Assembly: GCA_963827235.1 (NCBI GenBank) | Contig: CAWHAE010000009.1 | Coordinates: 320,001-384,000, forward strand | Direction: 5' to 3' | Length of the DNA stretch: 64,000 bases | DNA from: an uncultured bacterium | Lineage (GTDB): Bacteria; Chloroflexota; UBA5177; JANWHV01 | In this document: piece after piece, positions 9,986-19,072 of the stretch | How positions within the stretch are numbered: the first letter of the stretch is position 1 | How the letters are laid out: every line of letters starts with the position of its first letter | Made by a program: the position numbers and the translations under genes | The notes under the pieces: model-generated | Database searches by the model: none | Told to the model about the DNA's origin: nothing | What the model saw: only the letters and a program-made list of their open reading frames with translations

Positions 9986-11532
9986 TCACAGTGCGCCGGC
10001 CTCATCCATGGTCATGGCACGCCCATCCGCCCACGCTGCCTCGAACGCCACGGGGCCCAACGCCGCGCGGAGCGCCGTGACGGCGGTTTCAATGCGGGGG
10101 CGTTCGTTCGGCGGCAGACGGAGTCCGATGATCTCTCGACCGGCCTCGTGCAGGGCCGCTTCCTCGGCCAGCAGGAGGTAGTAGTGCGCGTGCGCGCGTT
10201 GCGCGGCAGCCAGAGCACCGCCGCTATCGAGCCGTTCAAGCCCGAGCTCGCGAATTGTCTCCAGCATGCCGATACGCGTCTCGCCATCGGCCAACTCGGT
10301 GCGCTACACCAGGCTCTTCTCCACCAGGGAGTGGAGTCCCGCCAGCACATCGCCGGTGTGGGCGTCCGTTGCCCTGACCAGCGCGGCGACCGCTTCCGGC
10401 GCGCAGCCGCTGCTGAATACGCTCAGGAGCTGGAAGAGCGTCTGCTCGCCTGGATCGAGTAGCTCGTAGCTCCAGGCGATCGTGGCGCGCATTGTCTGCT
10501 GGCGTGCAGGAAGGTCGCGCGCCCCCGATCAGTACGTCGAGCCGTCGCTCCAGCCGCGCCAGCAGCGCGTGGGGCGAGTACAGGCGGACCTGGGCAGCAG
10601 CCAGCTCCAGGGCCAGCGGCAGTCCTTCCAGACGCGAGCAAACCGCGGCCACCGTGGCGGCGTTGGCCGGAGTGATTGCGAAGTCCGGGTGGTGCGCGCT
10701 CCGCGAAGAGGGCTAGCGAAGGATAGCGCGCAAGGACGTCGAGCGGCGGCAGGTGCTGCAGGTCGGGCAGCGGCAGCGGGGCACCGGAACCTCGCGTTCC
10801 CCGCGCAGACGCAGAGCGGCACTGCTCGTGACCAGCACGTGCAGACCGGTACAGACTTCGAGCAAGCGTGCCAGCTCGGGGCCGGCAGGCAGCAGGTGCT
10901 CAAAGTTGTCCAGCACCAACAGGAGCTGCTTGGCGCGCAGCTGGCACGCCAGCTCCTCGACCACGGGGCCATTGCTTTCCACGCGCAAGCCTACACTCTG
11001 CGCCAGCACGGCCGGCAGCAACGCTGGGTCCTGCAGGCCCGCCAGGGGGACAAACACCACGCCGCCGGCGTAGGCCCGGGCAAGTCCCGCTGCGGCGGCC
11101 AGCGCCAGCCGTGTCTTGCCCACTCCGCCAGGGCCCGTCAGCGTGATCAGCCGAGCTCTCGACGGCCCAGCCGGCTCCAGGAGCAGGAGGTCGGTCAGGC
11201 CCTGAAGCTCCGTCTCGCGACCGAGCAGCGGGGTCAACGGCATCGGCAAGGTATCGCGAGGGCCGTCATGCGTGCCGGAACGCGCCGGTCCCGCGCCACG
11301 CCGCTGGCACTCGGCCACGAACGCGATCTGCTGCTGTCCGGACAGGCCCAGGGCGGCAGCCAGCCGCAGGGCACTCTCACGTTGCGGTGAGCGATTGATG
11401 CCGCGTTCCAGATCGCTGATACCGCGTACGCTGAGTCCGGCCCGTTCCGCCAGCGCTTCCTGAGACACACCGGCCTCCAGGCGGTACCGGTCGCAGCACG
11501 TCGCCGAACGATCCGTGCGCTGTGCCGGTCAT
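9986..11532 (-). pseudogene. Disrupted XRE-HTH + NB-ARC/AAA ATPase + TPR regulator
   Basis: SFGDVLR/RYRLEAGVSQEALAERAGLS, Walker A GPGGVGKTRLA, LLVLDNFEHL, LEGLPLALELAAA, IAWSYELL, LVEKSLV, MLETIRE are spread over several frames; most of the TPR region is missing. Confidence 0.85.
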
Positions 11533-11586
11533 GCGCCCAACCTCCCTCCCTCGAGGCGCCCGCAGCCCACGTCCCTGGGCAACGGC

Positions 11587-11859
11587 ATGTGCCAGGCGCG
11601 ATCGTTCGCCGACGGGTCCGTGCAGGCACAGATCGCCGTCTACAACACGACCTGCGCCCTTGCCACGGCCACGCTTGGCCCGGGCGCCGACCATGCCCAG
11701 GGCGCGCCGTACACCGTCGCCGGCTTCGTGTGCAAAGCCACCGTCGAAGGTGCCGGCTCCCCCTGGGCCGGGGCCTGGGGCGGCACCTATTACGCCTATA
11801 CCTGTGCCGCCGGCAGCGCTCAAGCCGCCTTCAACTGGGGCCGTCACTACACTTACTGA
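11587..11859 (+). CDS. Small Cys-containing hypothetical protein, probably the truncated C-terminal domain of a secreted protein
   Basis: Coding-like codon use, 4 Cys, GAPYTVAGFVC..YAYTC..AFNWG; no signal peptide or clear RBS. Confidence 0.45.
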   Translation: MCQARSFADGSVQAQIAVYNTTCALATATLGPGADHAQGAPYTVAGFVCKATVEGAGSPWAGAWGGTYYAYTCAAGSAQAAFNWGRHYTY

Positions 11860-11967
11860 GCCGGGGTCACGACGGCCGCTAAATCCGGAGCGCCGCGTGT
11901 GGCGTCGAGGTCGGGCACCGACCAGTGGGGTTGCGGCAAGGACGAGGTCACTTCGAGATAGCTATAG

Positions 11968-12600
11968 CTAGAGTTGCCTGTCATCTCCGGCCATGCCTGC
12001 ACGGTCGTCGCGGCGCCGGTGCCGGAGTCGCTCGACAGCCATTGCCGTCACGATAATACCGAGGAGGATCCAGAAAGCCGCGCGCATGGCCAGCAGCAGG
12101 ACCTGGCTGGCCAGGCGCGGCAGGTTCGTCCAGAACAGCGCGCTAGCCGAGACGATGTGCAGCTGCGCGCTGTCGAAGGTGAGCCACTGCCGGCGAGCCG
12201 GGTAATAGTACTCGACGGTGACCTTGTGCCACCCCAGCTGCTTGAAGCGGTGCGTCACCGCATACCCCTTGGCGACGGCGCCATCGTCGAACACCCAGCG
12301 GAACGGCGTCCGCAGCATCTCGGCCGAGAGCGAGCTCCCTACCTTCGCCACATCCTCGCTCAGGTGCAGGCTGTCGCCCGGTGCTGCCGCCGGCAGCGTG
12401 AACGGCGCCCAGTGAGCAGCATCCACCTGAGAAGGCGTGCCCTCGGTGAGGCTGGCCGTGGTGCCGTTCATCGCGATGGAGGCAATGCCATTCAGGCTGC
12501 AGGCCCGGGCAGTTGCCGCCTGCCCTGCCACCGCCGCGAACGTGAGCAGCACGCACGCCAGCACCCGGCCGGGCGAGAGGCGAGCGACGTGAGCAGTCAT
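11968..12600 (-). CDS. Secreted PKD-like protein with N-terminal Cys and C-terminal membrane anchor (paralogue 1)
   Basis: Signal ending ARA-C, FRWVFDDG..HRFKQLG PKD motif, C-terminal hydrophobic helix plus basic tail; GGAG RBS. Confidence 0.8.
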   Translation of the reverse strand: MTAHVARLSPGRVLACVLLTFAAVAGQAATARACSLNGIASIAMNGTTASLTEGTPSQVDAAHWAPFTLPAAAPGDSLHLSEDVAKVGSSLSAEMLRTPFRWVFDDGAVAKGYAVTHRFKQLGWHKVTVEYYYPARRQWLTFDSAQLHIVSASALFWTNLPRLASQVLLLAMRAAFWILLGIIVTAMAVERLRHRRRDDRAGMAGDDRQL

Positions 12601-12640
12601 GGTCCGAGCTCCTTCGGCGAGGCAACGCAGGTCTTGGCAG

Positions 12641-13132
12641 TCAGGGATGCGTGGCGTGCGGGGCGGGTGCTATGGTGATCGTCACCTGGTCGAAGGCGAT
12701 CCACTGCTTCGTCGGCGGCCAGTACGCCTCGACCACGATGCGCCGGCGGCCCGTGCGGGCATAGGCGTGCTTCACGGTCCAGCCTGTCGCGGTGCTGCCG
12801 TCGCCGAACTCCCACCGCCACGGCCGCTGCATCGCGGCCGGGACGAGTGACTTTACCACCTCGTTCCGAATCTCGGTGAATACGATCGCGCGCTCGGCGC
12901 CGTAGCCGTTTGGTAGCGAGAACGGCGCATACGTCAGGAGCTGCGCCGACGTCGTGGGCGGATCGGTCGTCAGCTGATCGAGGCGGCCGTCGGCGGTCAG
13001 CGAGGGCACGTTGTCCAGCGAGCAGGCGCCGGCGCGGCCAACGGAGAGCAGCGATCCTATGGCCAGGACGGCCGCGATGACAGCCGTAGAGATGAGCGTG
13101 TGTCGCCGGGTGCCGGCTCCCAGGTTCTTCAC
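12641..13132 (-). CDS. Secreted PKD-like protein with N-terminal Cys (paralogue 2)
   Basis: Signal ending AGA-C, WRWEFGDG..HAYARTG; GTG start just after the stop of the SCO fusion. Confidence 0.8.
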   Translation of the reverse strand: MKNLGAGTRRHTLISTAVIAAVLAIGSLLSVGRAGACSLDNVPSLTADGRLDQLTTDPPTTSAQLLTYAPFSLPNGYGAERAIVFTEIRNEVVKSLVPAAMQRPWRWEFGDGSTATGWTVKHAYARTGRRRIVVEAYWPPTKQWIAFDQVTITIAPAPHATHP

Positions 13133-13136
13133 CTGC

Positions 13137-14279
13137 TCATGCCTCGAGCAGCGCCCGGATGGTGGTGACGACACGCGACGGCAAGAACGGCACGTCATAA
13201 TAGGCGCGCAGCCGGCCTGCCGGGTCGATCAGGAACAGTCCGGCCTGGTGCACGATCGCGGTCGTCGGCTTGAAAATGGGCGGAGGCGCTTCCACGTCGA
13301 CCCCATAGGCGCTCCATATGCGAGACAGCACGGGTCGCGGGGCGGTCAGGTAGTGCCAGTCGCCGCCCGGCCAGCCTGCATCCCGCGCGAATTGCGCCGT
13401 CGCGCCGGGGCTATCCAGCTCAGGCTCCACGCTGACCGCTACGATGCTCAGCCTGGACGCATCCTTGCCCAGGTCGTTCCGCACCAGGGTGAGGGCCTTG
13501 CCCACCAGCGGGCATTGCTCCTTGCACAGTGCACTGATGAACGTCAGCGCCACCACCCTGCCGCGCAGTTGCTCGGGCGTGATCAGCGTGCCGTGCTGAT
13601 CGCGCAGGGCAAAGGGGTGGGCTACCGCGGCGGGCCGATACACCGCGTCGGCGGCGATGGCCGGCGCACCTCGCTGTGCCGGCTGGTCGGCGACCAGCGA
13701 CGGCTGGAGGAGCGTGGTGCAGCTCGGGCACTGAATGGCTCCGATCTGCGCCATGCCGTCGCGCACGGTGCCGGCGTCCAGCGGCCCGACCCACTCCGCC
13801 TGCAGACGTCCTGCCTCGTTGATGAAGAAGCTGGTAGGCCGCGCGCCTACGTCATAGGACCACGCCACGCTCTGTCGCGCATCCACGCCGACGGCATAGG
13901 GGATATGGGCCGCGCGGACGAATGCGCGAGCGGACGCGACTGTGTCGCCGCCGGTGGCCACGCCGACCACGCGGATACCCTCCGCCTGGTAGGCGTGCAC
14001 CGCCTGGCGCAACACGGGCAGCTCGTCGAGACAGTCCGCACACTGCGTGTTGAAGAAGTTCAACAGCACGGGATGACCGCGGAATGCGCGCAGCGAGACG
14101 CCGGCACCCGCACCGGAGGCCTGGGGGAGTGTGAAATCGGGCGCCGGCGGGACCAACGCGGCCGGTGCCTGGTGGGCCGCGAACGCCACCACGCCCCCAA
14201 GTGAGGCCACACAGACGACCATCACCGCCGCGAAAACGCGAAGGCGCGTCCCGCGCAAGCGTCGTAGCCAACCAATCAT
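13137..14279 (-). CDS. Membrane-anchored TlpA/redoxin + SCO1/SenC fusion protein
   Basis: APDFTL..VLLNFFNTQCADC (thioredoxin CxxC), linker CPSC, FALRDQHG..CKEQCP..IVHQAGLFLIDPAG (SCO CxxxC + His). Confidence 0.88.
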   Translation of the reverse strand: MIGWLRRLRGTRLRVFAAVMVVCVASLGGVVAFAAHQAPAALVPPAPDFTLPQASGAGAGVSLRAFRGHPVLLNFFNTQCADCLDELPVLRQAVHAYQAEGIRVVGVATGGDTVASARAFVRAAHIPYAVGVDARQSVAWSYDVGARPTSFFINEAGRLQAEWVGPLDAGTVRDGMAQIGAIQCPSCTTLLQPSLVADQPAQRGAPAIAADAVYRPAAVAHPFALRDQHGTLITPEQLRGRVVALTFISALCKEQCPLVGKALTLVRNDLGKDASRLSIVAVSVEPELDSPGATAQFARDAGWPGGDWHYLTAPRPVLSRIWSAYGVDVEAPPPIFKPTTAIVHQAGLFLIDPAGRLRAYYDVPFLPSRVVTTIRALLEA

Positions 14280-14442
14280 GACGGGTCGTCCCTTTGTATC
14301 GGGCAGCGCTTGTGTGGGGCTCTGATCCGCAATATAGCAGGTTCCCGCTTGCTATGCTTGTCATGTCGCGCCGCCCCCGCCCGTGGGGTGGCGCCGGGCG
14401 CTTGCAGCGCAGCCGCTCGTGCCGTAGTGTGAGGTCAGGTGT

Positions 14443-14925
14443 ATGGGTATGGGTGTGCGCGAGAGGAGAGAAGCGTTGGCACGGTCTGCGTGGCAACCGG
14501 CTGCAGTGATTGGTTGTGTGGCAGTGCTGCTGATCGCGTCGGGACTGCGCTCCGTGGCCGCCTGCGACATCGACGGCCTGCCGTCATTGACGGTCGATCA
14601 CACCCTCGTCCTCGTGAACAGCGAGCAGCCGACCAGCCCGGCCACACTCAAAGTCTGGGCGCCGTTCGTCCCGCCCTTCAGCCTGATCGCAACGCGCACC
14701 TATACGTTCGCCGAGATCCGCCAGCGAATTCCCCTGACGCCTGAGGCCTTCGAGAATTCCTGGCGCTGGGCGTTCGGCGACGGGACGCCGCCGGCACGCG
14801 GGGACAGCGTGCGGCACGTCTATCGGCGGCCCGGCGTGTACAGGGTCACCGTCGCTGCCTACTTCCCCTCCCACAAGATCTGGTACACGTTCGACGCTCT
14901 CCAGGTGCGCGTGACGGTGGGCTGA
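14443..14925 (+). CDS. Secreted PKD-like protein with N-terminal Cys (paralogue 3)
   Basis: Signal ending VAA-C, WRWAFGDG..HVYRRPGVYRVTV; start could be 14449. Confidence 0.8.
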   Translation: MGMGVRERREALARSAWQPAAVIGCVAVLLIASGLRSVAACDIDGLPSLTVDHTLVLVNSEQPTSPATLKVWAPFVPPFSLIATRTYTFAEIRQRIPLTPEAFENSWRWAFGDGTPPARGDSVRHVYRRPGVYRVTVAAYFPSHKIWYTFDALQVRVTVG

Positions 14926-15046
14926 CCCCGGCCCGGCCACCACGCCTGAGCGCGCGCGAACCGGGCCGGGTGGGCTCCCGGCGGCGAGCCGGACCCGCTC
15001 GAGGTCACCGGTACGCGCGGACGTTATCGCCTGCGATGAGCGCATC

Positions 15047-18000
15047 TCAGGGATTGTCGACGGCCGCTTCGTTCGAGCCCACGGGCGATGGCACTACGGC
15101 CACCACGCGATTGTCTGCCGTGCGGATGATCGTCACGGCGTTGCCGCCGATGCTGGCCACGTAGACGTACTTGCCGTCCGCCGTCACGTCGGGCCCGTGC
15201 GGCTGTGCCGCCACCGGGATCGTGGCGATCACCTTGCGCCGCGCGGCGTCGATCGCGCTCATCTCGTTGCCGAGCTGGTCGGCCACATACACCGTGCGCC
15301 CATCCGGCGCGGCCACCAGCAGCGCCGGTCCCTTGCCTACCGGAATGGTCGCCACCACGCGCAGGGTGCGCTCGTCGATCACCGACACATTGCCGGCAGT
15401 CTGGTTGGCCACCCAGACTTCGTGACGAGGCCCATCCACGGCCACGCCGTAGGCGCCCGGCGCGGTGATCACGGTGCGCCCCGGCCTGAGCGTGGTGGTG
15501 TCGACGGTGTAGACCCAGGCACCGCCGGCGCAGGCCACATACAGGGTCTTGCCATCCTCCGCGATGTCGATGCCGTGCGGCTCGAAACACGTGCCGTCGG
15601 GGAACTCGATCTGCCGGCTCGTGCCGGTCCTCAGATCGAGCACGGAGAGATCGTTGGAGCGGAAGTTGGTGACGAAAGCGCGCCGGCGATCGGGCGTGAA
15701 CACCACGTGGGCCGGCCCAAGTCCCACGGCAAAGGTGCGCACTACCCGCATGCCGCGCAGATCGATCTGCGTCACCGTGCCGGGATCGGCGCCGAAGTTG
15801 GTGACGAAGGCATACGGTGTGCCGTCGAGCACGTCCACGCCGTGCGCTTGCGCGCCCGTGTGCAGGATGGACCCGCCCAGCTTGCGGACGCCGTTGGAGC
15901 CCATCTCCGTCACCAGCACCGTGTAGGGCAGAGCGCGGGCAACAGCCAGGTTATAGGCCTGGCTCAGATTCGCCGAGCGCGCCGGCAGGCCGGCGGGGTT
16001 CGTGCCGGTTTGCGCTGTGAGCAGGTGCATGGGCCCGCTCAGCGGCACATAGTAGGTGAACTGGCGCAACGTGACCCAGGCACCACTCCGCTGCGCCTGA
16101 ATGGTCAGCCCCCAGCGGCCGTTCATCGGCGCGAACGCGTCGCGCACCACCCAGCGACCGCCGCCGAGCGCCGTGGCCGGATAGGTGAGGACGCCCATGT
16201 CCATATCCAGCGACTGCGAAAGCATTCGCACCGCCGAGGCCTGCCCGATGCCGCCTAGCGTGAAGGTGTTGGGCGCGCTGATCAGCCCGGGCGTGGCGAC
16301 AATGCTCACGGCAGCCGAACCGGACTGGTCGAGAAAGGAGGCGCCTGGTCCGGCGATGAACGTGAACGGAAGATCTCGGTACTCGCCGGGATCGTCGCGC
16401 GTACGCACCATCACGTCGGCGCGCCACTGCCCGGCCTGGACGAGGTCGCCGGTCCCGTTGTAGCCGCCGGCAGCCGGCGTGGTCTCCACGAAGGTGTAGC
16501 CCAGTGATGATTGGCCCGGCACGCTCAATCGGATGCGCACCTGGCCGTCGGTCACCTTCCGGCCGCGCTCGGCCACGAGCACGCGAAACGTCGTGCTGCC
16601 TAGGGCCGGCGGCCTGATCGTCAGCGTCGCCTGCAACACGCCCGCTGTAGCACTGCCCGTGATCGCGCCCGGCACCGGTACCGAGGGCGTGGCCGGAGCC
16701 ACGGGCGTGCCGGTCGTCGAGACCACGCTGCTGAACACCGCGGCCGCCGGGGCCGTCTGCCCCATCAGTGCCACGCACAACAGGATGAGGGCGCCGAGCG
16801 CCGGCTCGATGCGCAGGCGCAGGGCAAGCGATGCATACCCGCGTTCGGCCGCCGGTGAGTCGGCCGGCAACCCGCGCAGTCGGGGACGGGTGACAAACAC
16901 GTGGGAAGCGCTCAGCAGCACGATCACACCGATCAGTGCCAGCTTGACCAGCAGAAACCGGCCGTACAGAGTACCGGCGAGTTGATCGAAGCTACCAAGG
17001 TGCACCTGGGCGTTGAACATGCCGGTCACGGCAGCCGCGGCCACCGCGATGTACGCGGCAGGCGAGAAACGGTCCAGCAGGTGCAGGAAGGCTCGCCGGA
17101 GAGCAGACCCGGCCCGGTCGCCGGCCGCCAATGCGTGGAGCGCCGGCAGCAGGGCCAGGGCGATCGCCGCCATGCCGCCGACCCAGACGGCCATGGCGAT
17201 CAGGTGCAGCCAGTCAAGCAGCACGGAAGTGGCCACCATTTGCTGCACCGATGCGGCGTGCCCGGAGAAGGCCAGAGCCAGCAAGTAGGCCAAGCCCAGC
17301 GCGGCGGCGGTCCAGCCGGCCAGGACGCTTGGCTCACCGGCCGCCGCTCTGCCGGGCACCTGACCGCTCGCCGATCCGCGACGCGCGCCCACGACCTCAG
17401 CACGCAGATAGCGGCTCATGCCGGTGACCAGGCGTGATGCCCGGCCGGCCGGGGCGCCGCTGAGAACCAAGAGCGTCACGAAGGCCAGCAGCATGCGTGC
17501 CAGCCAGTAGGTGCCATAGCGCGCGCTCAGGATGGCGTCCAGCGTGTTCGCCGACACCATGCCGCTCCAGCCGCCGGCGCCGTAGGCCTGCGTCTCCAGC
17601 TCCAGCAGCGACGTCACCAGCGCAGCCAGCAGGCCCAGGCGCGCCGTCAGTACACAGCGACGCCCGGCAGCCCTGCAGAGCGAGGCCACCGCGCCTTGAC
17701 GCGTCGCCCGTGTCGACGGGAACAGCACCAGGATCTGCAGTGCCAGGGCCCCGGTCCAGAGCGCCGACGCCGCCAGCACCAGCCAGTGCGCCAGAGCCGC
17801 GGCCACCGCCGGGCCGTCGAGCGTAGGGTTTTGGGGCGCGGCGATGGCGCCCGAGGCGGCGCTCGGCGCCACGGCGCCGCTGCCGCCGGCAGTGAAGGTG
17901 TAGAAGCCGTGCAGCACGTGGCCGTCCAGCGCCGAGTCGCTGGTCCAGTAGACCGAGTAAACCCCATCGGGGAGCGCTGCCAGCCTCACATCTAGCTGTT

Positions 18001-18265
18001 CGCCGTTCGCCGGATCCACGTGGCCGGTATCGCCGTTGACCTGCCGGCCCTGAGCGTCGCGGATCACGATGCGGGAGAGTGCGGAGTTGAGGGCCTCGTC
18101 GAACCAGAAGCGATAGGTGGCGGCCTTCACCAGGACACGGCTGTCGGGCGCCAGCTCGGCGCGCACAAGGTGAGCGTGCGCTGCCGCCTGTCCGGGCAGC
18201 GCGAACAGCGCGAACAGCGCGAGCGCCAGTGCGCACGCACCGAGTAGCAGGCGGCGGACGGACAT
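15047..18265 (-). CDS. CopC-CopD-2x YtkA/FixH-like-YVTN beta-propeller fusion protein
   Basis: Signal + HAHLV..DGHVLHG (CopC); HWL, SGHA, DWLHL, KLAL helices (CopD); two beta-sandwiches, the second with MDMG; about seven YVTN-type blades. Confidence 0.88.
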   Translation of the reverse strand: MSVRRLLLGACALALALFALFALPGQAAAHAHLVRAELAPDSRVLVKAATYRFWFDEALNSALSRIVIRDAQGRQVNGDTGHVDPANGEQLDVRLAALPDGVYSVYWTSDSALDGHVLHGFYTFTAGGSGAVAPSAASGAIAAPQNPTLDGPAVAAALAHWLVLAASALWTGALALQILVLFPSTRATRQGAVASLCRAAGRRCVLTARLGLLAALVTSLLELETQAYGAGGWSGMVSANTLDAILSARYGTYWLARMLLAFVTLLVLSGAPAGRASRLVTGMSRYLRAEVVGARRGSASGQVPGRAAAGEPSVLAGWTAAALGLAYLLALAFSGHAASVQQMVATSVLLDWLHLIAMAVWVGGMAAIALALLPALHALAAGDRAGSALRRAFLHLLDRFSPAAYIAVAAAAVTGMFNAQVHLGSFDQLAGTLYGRFLLVKLALIGVIVLLSASHVFVTRPRLRGLPADSPAAERGYASLALRLRIEPALGALILLCVALMGQTAPAAAVFSSVVSTTGTPVAPATPSVPVPGAITGSATAGVLQATLTIRPPALGSTTFRVLVAERGRKVTDGQVRIRLSVPGQSSLGYTFVETTPAAGGYNGTGDLVQAGQWRADVMVRTRDDPGEYRDLPFTFIAGPGASFLDQSGSAAVSIVATPGLISAPNTFTLGGIGQASAVRMLSQSLDMDMGVLTYPATALGGGRWVVRDAFAPMNGRWGLTIQAQRSGAWVTLRQFTYYVPLSGPMHLLTAQTGTNPAGLPARSANLSQAYNLAVARALPYTVLVTEMGSNGVRKLGGSILHTGAQAHGVDVLDGTPYAFVTNFGADPGTVTQIDLRGMRVVRTFAVGLGPAHVVFTPDRRRAFVTNFRSNDLSVLDLRTGTSRQIEFPDGTCFEPHGIDIAEDGKTLYVACAGGAWVYTVDTTTLRPGRTVITAPGAYGVAVDGPRHEVWVANQTAGNVSVIDERTLRVVATIPVGKGPALLVAAPDGRTVYVADQLGNEMSAIDAARRKVIATIPVAAQPHGPDVTADGKYVYVASIGGNAVTIIRTADNRVVAVVPSPVGSNEAAVDNP

Positions 18266-18356
18266 ACTAACGCTCCCTTCGCGCAAGAGGCGCTCGGTTT
18301 CCATGGAAACGCGCCACCAGGAGCGCGTCCTCCTGGTGGCGGCTCCGGACGCTCGA

Positions 18357-18743
18357 TCAGACGACTGAGAAAGTGAACCACCCCCCGGCGTGGTGACCGT
18401 CGTTGGCCGAGATGGTGTACCAGATCAAGGCATACGTGCCCTTGGCCAGCTTGGGCACGGTCATGGTCATCTCCATCGCGTTGGAGAAGGAGACCTGGCT
18501 ATCTCCGTTATCGTCCTGACCATGATCGCCGGTGGTCTCGAAGATGCCCATAAAGCTCCCCTTCGGAGCGACTCCCTCGGCGAAGAAGCAGCTGACTGTC
18601 TTGGGCATGGCCTTGAGCTTGGCGCCGGGCGCAATGCTGCACTTCTGCAGGCTGGCGTGAGCCAGAGCCACACGCGGCGCCAGGGCGCTCATGCCCAGGA
18701 CCAGGGAGGCCGCGGCCAGCCAGCGGGTCAAATGGATACGCAT
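18357..18743 (-). CDS. copC: Copper-binding protein CopC
   Basis: Signal ending ALA-H (His1), GTYALIWYTISANDGHHAGG; AGGAG RBS. Confidence 0.85.
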   Translation of the reverse strand: MRIHLTRWLAAASLVLGMSALAPRVALAHASLQKCSIAPGAKLKAMPKTVSCFFAEGVAPKGSFMGIFETTGDHGQDDNGDSQVSFSNAMEMTMTVPKLAKGTYALIWYTISANDGHHAGGWFTFSVV

Positions 18744-18840
18744 GGACGTTTCTCCTGATTTCTGTTCTCGTTCGGCATAGGTTTGTCGCGAGCGTGCAAC
18801 GCGGCCGTTAGTGGTTCGTCAACTATGAATGCTCGCATTC

Positions 18841-18890
18841 CCCGCGACCGCAGTCGCCCAACTGCTGCCATGCGCCCGCGCTCGCAGGCC
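18841..18890 (+). repeat. Dispersed double-hairpin intergenic repeat, copy A
   Basis: cccGCGACcgcaGTCGCccaactgctgccaTGCGcccgcgctCGCAgg; similar to copies at 28897, 29004, 35899, 39660. Confidence 0.7.
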
Positions 18891-19072
18891 GCGCCTCTAC
18901 GGCAATGATTGGTTGTTGACAGACCACTGGTGCGTGGCATCGTGGCGGGATTTGTGATAGCCAAAGACCGTGCTCCACGCGGGGCAGTCGCGGGCGAGCC
19001 ATGTTCCGGCCTTCCCGCTTGCCTGAACCGTGCTGGCTTATACGCCGCCTCGCTCGTGCGGCGCGGCGACGG

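Noticed and set aside
9986-11532. Active NLR/STAND anti-phage system
   Set aside because: Several frameshifts and loss of the TPR region; architecture is that of a common XRE-ATPase regulator.
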